From assembly GCA_038087875.1 (NCBI GenBank), contig CM076000.1, positions 1,178,001 to 1,242,000 of the forward strand: a stretch of 64,000 bases of DNA, read 5' to 3'. The notes beneath the pieces were generated by a model. The model did no database searches. It had not been told where the DNA came from and saw nothing but the letters and a program-made list of their open reading frames with translations. Within the stretch, counting starts at the first letter, position 1, and each line of letters begins with the position of its first letter. This DNA is from Malacoraja senta (taxonomy: Eukaryota). A program made the position numbers and the translations under genes. Positions 1 to 13,691 of the stretch are shown here, piece after piece.

Positions 1-432
1 CCGATGATGGACTGGGCAGTGTTTACTACTTTTTGTAGTCTTTTCCTCTCCAGGGCGCTCAAGTTGCCGAACCAAGCCACGATGCAACCGGTCAGCATGC
101 TCTCTACTGTGCACCTGTAGAAGTTAGAGAGAGTCCTCCTTGACAAACCGACTCTCCGTAATCTTCTCAGGAAGTAGAGGCGCTGATGTGCTTTCTTAAT
201 AATGGCATCAGTGTTCTCGGACCAGGAAAGATCTTCACAGATGTGCTCGCCCAGGAATTTGAAGCTCTTGACCCTTTCAACCATCAACCCGTTGATATAA
301 ACGGGACTGTGGGTCCCCATCCTACTCCTTCCAAAGTCCACAATCAGTTCCTTGGTTTTGCTGGTGTTGAGGGCCAGGTTATTGTGCTGGCACCATATGG
401 ACAGTTGCTCGGTCTCTCTTCTATACTCAGAC
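1..432 (-). mobile_element. Rex1/Babar-type non-LTR retrotransposon RT C-terminal fragment
   Basis: Minus frame reads KKAHQRLYFLRRLRRVGLSRRTLSNFYRCTVESMLTGCIVAWFGN, a typical Rex1/Babar RT tail; cut by the window start. Confidence 0.8.
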
Positions 433-649
433 TTTATATCTAGCATCCCAATTATCAGAATGATCAGAGTTCCTTATTATACCATATGACAATTGTGCAT
501 TTCAATGTTCTGTGTCATCTTTGACTTTATATCAGTAATGCACTTGAGAGGTGAAAGACAAAAAAAAGCTTGCTGCCAAACCTGCAAATGTTTTAAGTAA
601 ATTCTATATTCAGGATTAATATTGTCAATATTAATAATTATGAGTTATA

Positions 650-1655
650 TAGTCATAGCGTCATATAGTGCAGAAACAGTCCCTTCGGCCCAACTTGCCC
701 CCTTCGGCCCAACATGTCCCATCCACATTTGTCGCACCTGCCTGCGTTTGGCCCATATCCCCTTTAAACTTGTCCTACCCATGTACCTGTTCAAATGTTT
801 CTTAAACGCTGCGATACTACCTGCCTCAACTACCTCTTCCGGCAGCTCATTCCATTCTCCCACCACCCTGTGTGTGAAAACATTGTTCCTCAGGTTCCTA
901 TTAAATCTATCCCCCCCCCCCTCCAACTCACTGTAAACTGGGCGAGAGACTCTATCTGATCTATTCCTTTCATGATTTTGGACACTTCTATAAGATCACC
1001 CTGCGCTCCAAGGAAGAGTTCTTGCCTGCTTAACCTGTCCCTATAGTTCAGACCCTCGAATCCTGGAAACATCCTTGTAAATTTTCTCTGCGCACTTTCT
1101 AGCTTGACAAAATCTTTTCTACAACATGGTGCCCAGAACAGAACAACTAACTGCAACATGACCTCCCAACTTCCACACGCAATACTTGACCGATGAAGGC
1201 CAATGTTCCAAAATCTTTTTTGACCACCCTATTTACCTGTGGTGCCACTTTTAACGAACTATGTACCTAGATCCTTCAGCTGTACAACATCCTCCAGAGT
1301 CATACTATTCACTGTGTAGGTCCTGTCCATGTTAGTCTTCCCAAAATGCAACACGTCACATTTCTCTGGATTAAATTCCATCAATCATTCCTCAGGCCAC
1401 CTGGCCAACCGATCAAGATCCTGCTGCAATTTTTGATAACTATCTTCACTATCTACAATACCACCCACGTTAATGTCATCTGCAAGCCTGCTAATCATGC
1501 CATGTACAATCTCATCTAAACCATTGATGTAGATGACAAACAGCTATGGGCACAACAAAGAACCCTGAGACACACCACTAGTCACAGGCCTCCAGGCCTA
1601 AATGCAACCTTTCACCATCACCATCTGGTTCCTTCCACAAAGCCAATTTTCTATC
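650..1655 (-). mobile_element. Decayed CR1 LINE 3' fragment (second subfamily)
   Basis: FWAPCCRKD..QRKFTRMFPG and FTHRVVGEWNELPEEVVEAGSIAAFKKHL remnants with frameshifts. Confidence 0.85.
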
Positions 1656-2137
1656 TAACTAAAAGAACGATTGCTGGCTTCTGTAGTTTTGAATAAGTTT
1701 GAAAGTGTCAAACATTTGGCATTATGTGCTGCACTGTGATTAACATTCAGTGAGATGCACAATACTACCAAATTCAAATGATTCCCCAATATATAAATAA
1801 AATTATGTAGAATTGGTCTTTGAACAAATAGATTTCTAATTTCTGTTGACATTTTACTTCATGTTTAACAGACCTGACACGCAAGATTCCCCTCAAGCAA
1901 ATTAATTCTACTCAAAATTAGTTGAATAGCTTTATATGATAAAACACGGTACTTTAATCAAAATCTGAGATGAATTGCAAACCTATGCAATTTTTGATGT
2001 CAGTTACAAATTAATTTACAGTATGGAAATTGTACTTTAGAATGATTTATACGAATGATATTAAACAGTTGTCACAGATGCAATCCTTAAAAAGAAATCC
2101 CCCCTCGCGTTAAATGGCAATGATAATGAAAACGTAC

Positions 2138-2236
2138 CACATTTTCTTTCGTGGTGTCCTCCAAATTCTGCAAAACTCTTATTCTGTGTCTGCAGCGCAT
2201 TTGTTCAATTTGCCCCACATGAATATCTCCAAATTT
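2138..2236 (-). CDS. TBC1D8: TBC1D8 coding exon 14 (99 nt)
   Basis: KFGDIHVGQIEQMRCRHRIRVLQNLEDTTKENV; attcag|..|gtacgt. Confidence 0.94.
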
Positions 2237-2284
2237 CTGAATATTTAATAAAAACAAATTGAAAATAACAATATGCGGTATGAC

Positions 2285-3132
2285 ATGATCAATCACAAAG
2301 GGCACTGGAGAGATACCAGCAGTACTGTCTGCAAATCTAAATGGTGTCAAGTTGGGAAAAGGGGAAGTACAACGGAATCTGGGGGTCCTTGTTCCTGACT
2401 CAGCTATTTTTAAGAGCCCTATCTAGCTCTCTCTTGAAAGTATTGGGTCAATGAAAGTATGCAGGTACAGCAGGCAGTGAAGAAAGCGAATGGCATGTTG
2501 GCCTTCATAACCAGAGGAGTTGAGTATAGGAGCAAAGAAGTCCTTCTGCAGTTGTACAGGGACATAGTGAGACCACAGCTGGAGTATTGTGTGCAGTTTT
2601 GATCCCCTAATTTGAGGAAGGACATTCTTGCTATTGAGGGAGTGCAGCGTGGGTTTACAAGGTTAATTCCCAGGATGGCGGGACTGTCATATGCTGAGAG
2701 AATGGAGCGGCTGGGCTTGTATACGCTAGAGTTTAGAAGAATGAGAGGGGATCTTATTGAAACATATAAGATTATTAAGGTTTTGGACACGCGAGAGGCA
2801 GGAAACATGTTCCCGATGTTGGGGGAGTCCAGAACCAGGGCCACAGTTTAAGAATAAGGGGCAAGCCATTTAGAACGGAGATGAGCAAACACTTTTTCCA
2901 CACAGAGCGTTGTGAGTCTATGGAATTCTCTGGCTCAGAGGGCGGTGGAGGCCGGTTCTCTGTATACTTTCAAGAGAGAGCTAGATAGGGCTCTTAAAAA
3001 TAGCTGAGTCAGGGATATGGGGAGAAGGTAGGAACGGGGTACCGATTGTGGATGATCAGCCATGATCACATTGAATGGCTGTGCTGGCTCAAAGGGCCAA
3101 ATGGCCTACTCCTGCACCTATTGTCTATTGTC
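2285..3132 (+). mobile_element. CR1 LINE 3' fragment with internal inverted insertion
   Basis: [35 protein letters not shown]; ends in a ctattgt repeat tail. Confidence 0.9.
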
Positions 3133-5295
3133 AAATCCACAGCAAAGATAGATAAACCAATATCAGCATCCTCTCACAGCATCCTCCCCAGCACCAAGGC
3201 GTAATTTAAACTCTAAACTCTGTCATTGCAAAAGATTATTAGATGGATAGAGGAAAAACAAGAACAAGAATATTCTCAAAACCTCCTCCAAAAAATTGCA
3301 CCATCTCCACTGACTCGGGGACACCGACAGAGTGAAGGGGCATCAGGATGACACCAAGAACATTGCATCCATGCATTGGAAAAGCTTGGAAGCCAACTAC
3401 AGAAGCAGTGCACCCACTCCGGACTACGCACCCACCCAAGCAGTCAGATTCCTCCTACTCCATCTGTAGACGAGTTTGCAAACCCCACACAAGCCTCACC
3501 AATTAATTCAGATCGGGAGTGAAAGCAAGACATCCAAAATCCCAAAGAACAATCAAAGATATTGATGACATTATACATGACTGAGATTTAATTCAGTTTA
3601 GTTTAGTTTATAATTGTCACATGTACCAAAATTGAGTGAAAAGCTTTTTGTTGTTTGCTATCCAGTCAAAGACAAGACTATACATGACTACAATTAAGCG
3701 GTCCAGATAAAGGATAAAGGGGACAACAGTTAGTGCAGGATGACGTCCGATTAAAGATAGTTCAAAGGTCTCCAATGAGGTTGATGGGAGGTCAGGACCA
3801 CACTCTGGCGGGTGCAAGAACGGTTCAGTTGCCAGCGAAGTGTCAAGTTAGCAAAAGTTACAAATGAAAAACTGGAGAAGTCAAATATTTGTAGTCTGCA
3901 TTTATCGAGGTTTGCAAGCTACCAATTGAATTAACTGAAGTCAAAATAAAAATCAGGAAAATACCACCGAATATTGAGGCACAGGAGAATGCAATTTAGT
4001 GCTCAGCTGCTGTTTTCATACCAATAATATTTATAGAACGATGAGGATAATTAATAAAATATAACCAAAACACAGTAAAAACAAAATACTAAATTAGTAG
4101 AATCCCCCAAGTTTCACTGCAGCTAAACACTGAGGTTAGGAAGAATATTGTACATCATCAACCAAGATTGCCCTTATTGCTAGTCAAAGGTGGGCATGAA
4201 TGTCCACACAAAACTCTTGGAACTGCTAAGAGTAAATATATTATTCCTTGGTCTTAGTGTTTTACATCTCTTCAATGCATTTAACTGTAGCATTCAAATA
4301 AACAGCTTCCAAACAGAATTTGATGTTTGCATTCAGACAGTTGTGAAATACATAAAAGTATATAAAAACAATATCAATTCTAAAAGAGACCCAATCACCA
4401 CCGTAGCAAGCTAATGATAACATCGCAAATTAAATGTATGCTTCCTATCTGCTGCAGTATGTCTACTTTATAAACTATCAGCACATACTGCCATATGCTT
4501 GTATTATTATTCCATCACAGTACATCCAGCTGTTACTGTGAAACATCATTAGCACTCTGATGACAATATTGTATTTCCACGCTTTAATTAATTGCAAGTA
4601 AACACATTTATATGATTGTGAAACCAACCTGACAAACTGGATGCCACATTGCAGGCCTCTCATATCTGGAACATGTGTCGTAAGAGTAAAATCTGTTGGC
4701 TGTCCATTGGGGAAACTGCGCGGGGAATCCCAAGTTCAGACACTGGTCGCTGTTAATTGGCAAACTGACTTAAAAAACCAGAGGACAGTCTTTATGGAAA
4801 ATTGGTAGTGCAAGCTGGTGCAAAATGTCTTTTTTACGTCGGACCTTCAGCATGTTGGGGCACGTAGAATCCAGGGAAATTTTATGTGGGGTCCCTACCC
4901 GAAACGTCGCCGATCCATGTTCTCTAGAGATACTGCCTGACCCACTGAGTTACTCCAACATCCAGGGATGTTTACTTTGCATGTGAATACCTCATATCTA
5001 ATTTTCTAGGTGATAACTGTTGAGATTCTTAAAACAGGGAGGGCTCCATTCCCCAACATTACCTTGTTTAGTGCAGAAGATATGCTACGAGCAATAGTTC
5101 TACAGACGTGAATAAATATTGTTTTGCCTTGAGTATTATTCATTCCCTGTACCACACTCTCCACTAATTATTAAATACAAGAGGCATGGGAAAACAGCAC
5201 TTGGCCAGCCTGCAGTAAGCAGTTCTGCATTTGTCCTCTAATCATCACCTTGGTGCATTAAATACTCTTGACACAATAACTATAAAACAACTCAC

Positions 5296-5422
5296 CTCGT
5301 ACGAATCCCTTATGAGATCTGTTATTTCCATTTGCTGAACATGCTCTTTATCTTCATTTGATAAATGTTGCCGAGCAATTTGAGACAAAGGACTCTCTGC
5401 ATTTGTGATATGATCAAGAAAC
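5296..5422 (-). CDS. TBC1D8: TBC1D8 coding exon 13 (127 nt)
   Basis: FLDHITNAESPLSQIARQHLSNEDKEHVQQMEITDLIRDSYE; follows an 86-nt intron; ttgcag|..|gtgagt. Confidence 0.94.
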
Positions 5423-5508
5423 CTGCAAGAATAATTCAATATACTGATTAATTTTTTGAAGTTAATTTGTAATAGTGTGTTGTAATTTTAAGAACATGTG
5501 CACCAAAC

Positions 5509-5794
5509 CTGCTGAGGATGATCAAGGCTTGTCCATCATCTTCACAGCGACACAACTGCTGAGTGTTGGCATCTAGAATAGCCAAGCCCACCTGGAAGAT
5601 CACCTTAATTCCATCATAGAAGAAGCAGTCAACAACATTGAGTGAACTGTGCAGGGGTATAATACTGAGAAACAGTGTGAGGAACCAGGAGAGGGAAATG
5701 GAGGCCAAACCAGACAAGGCTGTCACATGTTCAGCTAGTTCCGGTAAATGCTCTTTGATAAGTTCTTCAAATACAGCTTGATCAACCTGTGCAC
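5509..5794 (-). CDS. TBC1D8: TBC1D8 coding exon 12 (286 nt)
   Basis: [95 protein letters not shown]; ttccag|..|gtttgg. Confidence 0.96.
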
Positions 5795-6551
5795 CTGGAA
5801 AAGACAGCACGATTCCAGGTCAGCAACAAAGCAGTAAAACGCGGCTGAAAAATAAACTATTTACATTTGGAAATTGAGTAACTCTTGAAATTATGTTTTA
5901 CAACATATTAATTTCAAGGACTCTTGAAATTATGTTTTACAACATATTAATTTCAAAAGCACCATGAATCACCACCGTGCCATTAATTTCAATCAGCAGA
6001 CCATATGCCGCATCATAACAAATGATAACAAGAATTTAGATCTATATTTTTGGATGCCAGGCACCAGAGGGAGATTAGTGCTACTTCATAGATAACTAGC
6101 AAGAGGAAAGAAAGAGGCTTGAACACTTAACTCCTCACTGTGTAACAGTTCAACTGTCAGTTAATCAACAACTACACCAACCAAAGCTACTCAAAAAATA
6201 CAAAAATAATTTATCTTCCAGGAATGCCAACCTTGAGGAAGTTTTGCAGCTCTGACAGGATTCTGCTTTGTTTTTTTTATTTTGATTTCTGATGCAACAC
6301 CCTTTCGTGTCCTTATGCTATATAGTGGCTCGCCACTGCTGTACACATCATTACGCTATTGGAGTCTGCAGTATTACATGGATTATCCAGCAATGGGCTG
6401 GATAAGTTCCATGTATGCTCCATGTAAATTTTACTAAGTGCTATTAGCGTTCACAATGGTTCAAGATTATAATAACCATCTGATATTCAAATGTTGTACG
6501 TGATTTGCAATGGAAGGTTGCTTACAAATAGCAGATATGAATAAATCATGA

Positions 6552-7527
6552 CATAGAAACATAGAAAATAGGTGCAGGAGTAGGCCATTCGGCCCTTCGA
6601 GCCTGCACCGCCATTCAATATGATCATGGCTGATCATCCAACTCAGTATCCTGTACCTGCCTTCTCTCCATACCCCCTGATCCCTTTAGCCACAAGGGCC
6701 ACATCTAACTCCCTCTTAAATATAGCCAATGAACTGGCCTCAACTACCTTCTGTGGCAGAGAATTCCAGAGATTCACCACTCTCTGTGTGAAAAATGTTT
6801 TTCTCATCTCGGTCCTAAAAGATTTCCCCCTTATCCTTAAACTGTGACCCCTTGTTCTGGACTTCCCCAACATCTGGAACAATCTTCCTGCATCTAGCCT
6901 GTCCAATCCCTTAAGCATTTTGTAAGTTTCTATAAGATCCCCCCTCAATCTTCTAAATTCTAGCGAGTACAAGCCGAGTCTATCCAGTCTTTCTTCATAT
7001 GAAAGTCCTGACATCCCAGGAATCAGTCTGGTGAACCTACTCTGTACTCCCTCTATGGCAAGAATGTCTTTCCTCACATTTGGAGACCAAAACTGTACGC
7101 AATACTCCAGGTGTGGTCTCACCAAGACCCTGTACAAGTGCAGTAGAACCTCCCTGCTCCTATACTCAAATCCTTTTGCTATGAATGCTAACATACCATT
7201 CGCTTTCTTCACTGCCTGCTGCACCTGCATGCCTACTTTCAATGACTGGTGTACCATGATACCCAGGTCTCGTTGCATCTCCTCTTTTCCTAATCGGCCA
7301 CCATTCAGATAATAGTCTACTTTCCTGTTTTTGCCACCAAAGTGGATAACCTCACATTTATCCACATTATACTGCATCTGCCATGCATTTGCCCACTCAC
7401 CCAGCCTATCCAAGTTACCTTGCAGCCTCCTAGCATCCTCCTCACAGCTAACACTGCCCCCCAGCTTTGTGTCATCCGCAAACTTGGAGATGTTGCATTC
7501 AATTCCCTCGTCCAAATCATTAATACA
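6552..7527 (-). mobile_element. CR1 LINE 3' part, open frame, cut off by a Tc1 TIR
   Basis: ORF 6643-7569 [28 protein letters not shown]..; (catagaaa)n tail at 6552. Confidence 0.93.
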
Positions 7528-7714
7528 CAGTGGCTTGCAAAAGTATTCATACCCCTTGAACTTTTCCACATTTTGTCACGTTACAACCACAAACGTAAAT
7601 GTATTTTATTGGGATTTTATGTGATAGACCAACACAAAGTGGCGCATAATTGTGAAGTGGAAGGAAAATGATACATAGTTTTCAAATTTTTTTACAAATA
7701 AAAAACTAAAAAGT
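7528..7714 (+). mobile_element. Solo truncated TIR of the Passport-type Tc1 element
   Basis: Nearly identical to 13692-13878 (CAGTGGCTTGCAAAAGT..); stops before the inner direct repeat. Confidence 0.92.
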
Positions 7715-7727
7715 TCTTCTACACTCA

Positions 7728-7920
7728 GATAAGTGAGCACCTGTTCTCCAGGACATCTTGGAATTTCACTCTACCTGCACATGCATGTTTGACAGCAGGA
7801 GGTTTCAAAAGGGAATTACCAGCTTATCAGCCATTTGTACCATTGGCAGTCTTGGACTTTCAAGCAAGCGCAGGCAAAGTGAAAGTCCAAGACATCCTGG
7901 AGATCAGGTGCTCACTCATC
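7728..7920. repeat. Old imperfect palindrome (MITE-like)
   Basis: gtgagcacctgttctccaggacatcttggaatttcac.. pairs with ..gtgaaagtccaagacatcctggagatcaggtgctcac. Confidence 0.7.
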
Positions 7921-7944
7921 AACTCACTTAAGACCACAAGAAAT

Positions 7945-8430
7945 TGTTGTTATTGCAGAGTAGTCCAGTCCATCACACAGACCAGACTCCCCACCATTGA
8001 TTCCATCTACACTTCACGCTGCGTCAGAAAAGTAGCCAACATAATCAAAAACTTGTCCCATCCTGGTCATTCCTCCTTTTCCCTGCTTCCATCTAGCAGA
8101 AGGTACAGAAGCTTGATAGCTCTCACCACCATAGTCAGGAATAGCTTCTTTCCCCTCTGTTATTAGGCTTCCTAATGGTCCTTCCCACAAGCTAAGGTAC
8201 TGAGCAATTCACCTCTAACTCATTGTGGACATTGGATCTTGTCTATGGAACTGATGTGCTACAATGCTGAGAACTATATTCTGCACACTGTATCTTCCTT
8301 TTTGCTCCATTTATTGTACTGGAGCTTGATTAGATTGTATTTGCGTACGGTGTCTGATCTGTTGGGATAGCACGCAAAACAAAGCTTTTCACTGTACCTC
8401 GGCATATGTGACAATATCAAATCTAGTCCT
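7945..8430 (+). mobile_element. Rex1/Babar-like 3' fragment and tail
   Basis: QSITQTRLPTIDSIYTSRCVRKVANIIKNLSHPGHSSFSLLPSSRRYRS..NSFFP. Confidence 0.75.
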
Positions 8431-8885
8431 AAACCGCCCATTCTGTCAAGTTGCGCAGCAGACCAGTGACCTGCTGAAGAGAATCCCAATGCAGTTCACA
8501 TCTGGCCCTCAGCTTTATACAGGAAGAACAAAGGTAGGAATCACAACCCAGATTCTGCAGAAAAAAGGATCTATACTTAATTTAGTTTATTGCTTTTAAT
8601 TATTTGTTCATGTTTTACAATATTTAATTTTAATTTTCAAAATGAATTAAATAGTTTTACCATTTCTCTACCATTGGAGACATTTTGAAGGCATTTTACA
8701 GCCAACACACTGGGGGCAGGGCTTTACACATGCAGTCTGAGCCACACAACTTCGAGGCCACTCCACATTGTCAGGTGTGGAGACTCAAGCTTCTTCAGTC
8801 TGCCACAGCAATAAAAATCATGAGCAGGCTGGCCAGATTCACAATGATTTTGCAAATCAAGCTTATCAAATCATTGTGATTCCCA

Positions 8886-9072
8886 ACTTAAGCAAAACAT
8901 AAAGTGTTGGAGGAACTCAGCAGGTCAGGCGGCATCTAGGGAGGGAATGGACTGGTGATGCAACCTGAAACATCACCTGTCCACTCCTTCCCTAGATGCT
9001 GCCTGACCCGCTGATTTTTTCCAACATTGTGTTTTGCTTAAGACTCCATTTTCTGCTATTTCTTCTGTCCAC
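8886..9072. mobile_element. Penelope-derived inverted (hairpin) element with 10-bp TSD
   Basis: Inverted arms; flanked by gtgattccca at 8876-8885 and 9073-9082. Confidence 0.8.
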
Positions 9073-9365
9073 GTGATTCCCAGCATTCTGGATTCACATG
9101 ATATTTTAACTTAATTTAGAGTTCTACTGATTCAATCCACAACGCTCCAAAAGTAAATCCAAACATCCATATTCAAATTTTTGTCCTGGGACCAATACGA
9201 ATGTTACTGTAAACTATTTAAAATAAAAGACTGTCCCCACAAATCTCTCCTCATCACAAGTAAATAGGAATTTTAACCATTTAGTACCTTTGGGCAAACA
9301 CAATTGTGGCCTGCATTTGTCCACAAGTCCAAAAGACAATAACAGACATTTGAATAATGTTCTCA

Positions 9366-9608
<243 letters not shown>

Positions 9609-9984
9609 CTAAAGATATTAAACATTCAGCAAAATTAAGCAGCTGTGCCAAACCAAGTTAAACACTTTTGCGTTAAACACAGCTTTTCTCCAGATATTAC
9701 ATCTTAAATAGCGAAAATTCTATGCTCGCTTTACACACACATTACAGTATGCCGAGTAATTTGATGTCTTATTAATCATAATTTTATCTAAAACGAAACA
9801 AGACCCATCTTGAAGACACAAGTGTTAAATAAGTTTGAAGTAATTTGCTGAAGTTGTAATTAATTTTTTAAAAGATTGAGTTTCTGTATTGACAAAAAAG
9901 TTTCAAATTATTTTGCATTTGGATGGTTAATTTCTATCATATTTCAAACAACGTCCCAAGATAATAGTCCCAAGATAATACTCA

Positions 9985-10815
9985 CGTCGCAGCGGTCTCT
10001 GCAGTCCGTCTGTCTTTTTTATTTTTTTTTGTTTCGTATGAGTTTTGTTTATAGTGGTTTTTTTAACTGGGTATGTGTGGGGGGCGGGGGATGGGGGGGT
10101 AGGGTGGTGAAAACTTTTAAAACCTTTTCCCTGCACGGGAGACCAGACCTTTCTCTGTCGGGTCTCCATTGTCGTTGGGGCCTAGCACCGTGGAGCGGCC
10201 TCCAACGGAATGACCTGGGGCTCCAGTCGCGGAGCCGGCGGACTTACTCACCATCGTGGAGCTGGCCGAGTTCGGAACGGGAGGAGCTGTGGTGGCACGC
10301 TGCTGCGACCCGATCCCGGAGATTCAGAGGCTCCAGCCGCCGGCCCGGTGGACGGTGACATCGGGAGCTCGTGGGTCCCTGGTGGGAGACCGCTTATCGG
10401 GGCTCCCGCAACGGCAACTTCTCCCGCCCGAGTTGCGGGGTTGAAGATGACCTGGAGCGGGGTCTTACATCGCCCGCCGCGGCTTTAAATGGCCGCGGGA
10501 CTTGCTAGCACTACCGGGGGCTCCAACATCAAGACCCGGAGCGTGGCCTTGCATCGCCCGGCGCGGCTTTAATGGCCGCGGGACATATTTACCATCGCCC
10601 GCCGGGGGCTTTGACTTTGACATCGGGAGGAGAATGGGGAGTGCAGGGGAGAGATAAGACGTTGCCTTCCATCACAGTGAGGAGGAGATTCACTGTGATG
10701 GATGTTTGTGTAATTGTGTTGTGTCTTGGTTCTTTTTACTTGTTTGTATGACTGCAGAAACCAAATTTTGTTTGAACTTAGGTTCAAATGACAACAAATA
10801 AATTGTATTGTATAT
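9985..10815 (+). mobile_element. GC-rich non-autonomous retroelement with structured 3' end
   Basis: Homologous to 46692-47555 (opposite strand); 3' hairpin ccatcacagtga..tcactgtgatgg and a short repeat tail. Confidence 0.75.
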
Positions 10816-10859
10816 AGTATTCTGACTATTTTCATGTATTAACTATGAACTGCATCTAC

Positions 10860-11074
10860 CTGGCAATAACCTATTTTGGGGTTTCTGTATGCGTATGCTG
10901 TCAGTACTCTCCTTAATGCTGCTATACCAGCGTCACTCTGAAATGCTGGGTGTTCAGGCAGAGAACGATGCAGATCACGTTCAATTTCCTCAGTTGCCAT
11001 GCAACATTTTCCCATAGATTCATCCACCAGATTGGCATAGTAATCAGGATGTGTAGCTAAATCAGTCGTAGCAT
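10860..11074 (-). CDS. TBC1D8: TBC1D8 coding exon 10 (215 nt), TBC catalytic R- and Q-fingers
   Basis: [72 protein letters not shown]; IxxDxxR and YxQ motifs intact. Confidence 0.97.
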
Positions 11075-12289
11075 CTGTGGACAAAAGTTCAACATTATAT
11101 TTACACATAGAAATGTTTTGACTTTACTAGTTACATTGCACATGAACAAATCTACAGAAATAATGTTTTAACTACGTAATCTAGGTGAAAGCAAATGAGC
11201 AACTTGTACCCTGGCACAAATTGCATGGATTTTTTATAATGAGCTTGCATGCTTTAAAATGGAAGTCAAGCAAAATAGATGGACATGCTGACAATATTGG
11301 ATAATTTCTAAATTAATTCAACAAACGCACCAAGTAATTTAGTTTGCTTGGAAATGAGTTAGTTACAGCAATTTCCAGGTTGAAATAAATAAATTAAATC
11401 AGAATCAAAATCTATGTAATTATAATTGGAGATTATTTTTAGTTCGAATCAAAGGCATTTTTCAAGATCATACTTTCAATCTGACTTGGACAAAAGCATT
11501 ATTCCCCTTGTTATAGGAAGGGAGAGTGGTTTAAATAATTGATACAAATGGAAGCGATGGCAAACACAGCAGTAATGTACTTATAATTTTCTACTTTAAC
11601 AATGAAATCTCAAGTAAAAGCATCATTTTAATAGCAGCAAGCTTCAGCATAAAACAGAAAGGATTGGTACAGAAAGGTTGATCAACAGGTCGTCAGATCA
11701 ATGTTAGGAAATTGTCATACATATCTCCATAGTGTGAAAAGCATACGTGTTATACAGTGAAGATCCATTGGAGAGGAAATGCAGACAGTTTAGTAGAAAA
11801 AACAGATCAACTGAAAGATTCAATTTAACAGAGATTCAAATACAGAGTATTGTTTTGGGGAATAAATACAAGGTAAAAACTCAAATACAAACATGCTAAT
11901 GAGTGTGTATGTTAAATGAATGTAGTCCAATACTTTGCAAAAGTGAAAGGCTGTAAATAAAGCAACAAAAACAACAGTATTTTTGGTTTCCTGATTTAGG
12001 GTATGATGTACAAGAGCTAAATTGGTAATTTCATTGAAAGCATAGAATGGGGTCTGGATCTCTTATGATTATGTGGTGTAGTAAGAAAATTAATACTTGC
12101 ACAATTTAATGTGAACCTGGCACACAAGATTAAAAGCTTAGACAAAAAAAGTACCAAAGCAGGCAATTATGATTTTACAAAACTTCCAAATTAAGCAGGT
12201 GTAATCAGATTGATCGGTGAAACTGACAGAGACACAAGAGTGCATTTTGTAGAATTAAAGTATTGTCAGTAATAAAAAGGGGGATATGT

Positions 12290-13570
12290 TGGATGTTATA
12301 GGATCAAAAAGGATTGAAATTTCCCTGGCCCAGATGAGATCAATCCAAGATTGTTATGTGAAGTAAAGAAGAGACAGTTGGGGACCCAACAGATTTTTGC
12401 ATCTTCGTTAGCCATAGATGAGGTGCCAGAAGACTGAAAGATAGCTAATAGTCGCAAAATCACGCTGCACGGAAATCATACAGGCCCATTGGCCCAACTT
12501 TCCCTGCCTACCCAGGCGCTTCATCTAAGTTAGTCCCATTGGCCATCATCCCTCTAAACCTTTCATATCCACATGTCCAAATGGCTTTTAAATGTTGTTC
12601 TTGTGCTTGCCTCAACTCCTTGCTCTGGCAATTCATTCCATATACTCCCACCCTCTGTGTGGAAAAAGTTGCCTCACAGGTTCCTTTTCAATCTTTCGCC
12701 TCTCACCTTAAACCTATGTCCTCTAGTTGTTGATTCACCTACCCTGGGGGAAAATGCTGTGCATTCACCCTATCTATGCATTTGTAAAGGACATTCCTCA
12801 GTCTCCTGCTCCCTGAAGAATAAAATCCAAGTCTGCCCAATCTCTCCTTATAGCTCAGGTGCTCGAATCCTGACATGAATCCCTGTATGTGAATACTTGG
12901 CCAATAAACTTATTCATTCAAAAAAATGTTGACATTTTCCCTGCACTCTTTCCAGCATAATGGCACCTTTCCTATAGCAAGATAACGAAAACTAAACAAA
13001 TTACTCGTGTGGCCTCACCGACTTCTTGTACAACTGTAACGTAATGTCTCATCTTCTATACTAATTTCCCTGACTGATGAAGGCCAGTACCCTAAAAGCC
13101 TTCTTCACCATGCTAGCTACCTGTGAGGCCATGCATTAGCCTTGTGCTTTTAAGGGCCTTGGGATAAGCCAGATAGCAACGGGCTGATGCATCATAGATC
13201 AGCTGTACGGAAATTATTGGAGAAAATGCCAAGAGCACATTTTGAAAGAGTATGACTCAATAATACTTTATACAGCAAAAATCATCTCACTAATTTGATC
13301 AAGTTTTTTTGAGAAGGTAACCAAGATTGATGGCGGCAGAATTAAAGGCGGAAGACTTCACCAGGATATTACAGGGGCATAGAGTCTTGAGTTATATGGA
13401 AAGGCTGGATGGGCTTGGACTGCCTTCTTTGGAGTGTAGAGTGTGACCTTATTGAAGTATACAAAAACATGAGGGTATGAATAAAATGAATGCTTACAGT
13501 CATTTCTCAGGAGAGAGGATTCTAAACCTCGAGGGTATAGACTTGAGGTGAGAGGAGAGAGATATATTTT
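12290..13570. mobile_element. Cluster of decayed CR1 fragments in both orientations
   Basis: ccctggcccagatgag..gatgaggtgccagaagactg (+), a minus-strand 3' piece at about 12470-13130, then more + pieces; boundaries approximate. Confidence 0.7.
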
Positions 13571-13691
13571 ATTCAAGACTTTAATTTTCCACAAAATATT
13601 GATGAGGCACCTGATCAATTGCTCCCCGACAGTAAAGTGGATCCAGTTTCCTTTCATACACAGCACATTACGTCTTCGAAGGAGTGAGATA

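Noticed and set aside
1655..1852. Possible TBC1D8 exon 15 (LSNLFK)
   Set aside because: No similarity to the expected exon beyond LFK and no donor site after it.
5881..5956. Two 37-bp direct copies near the exon 12 acceptor
   Set aside because: Ordinary local tandem duplication; the splice site is unaffected.
6643..7569. 308-aa ORF with novel N-terminus MEKFKGYEYFCKPLC
   Set aside because: Chance in-frame fusion of Tc1 TIR sequence to a CR1 RT fragment.
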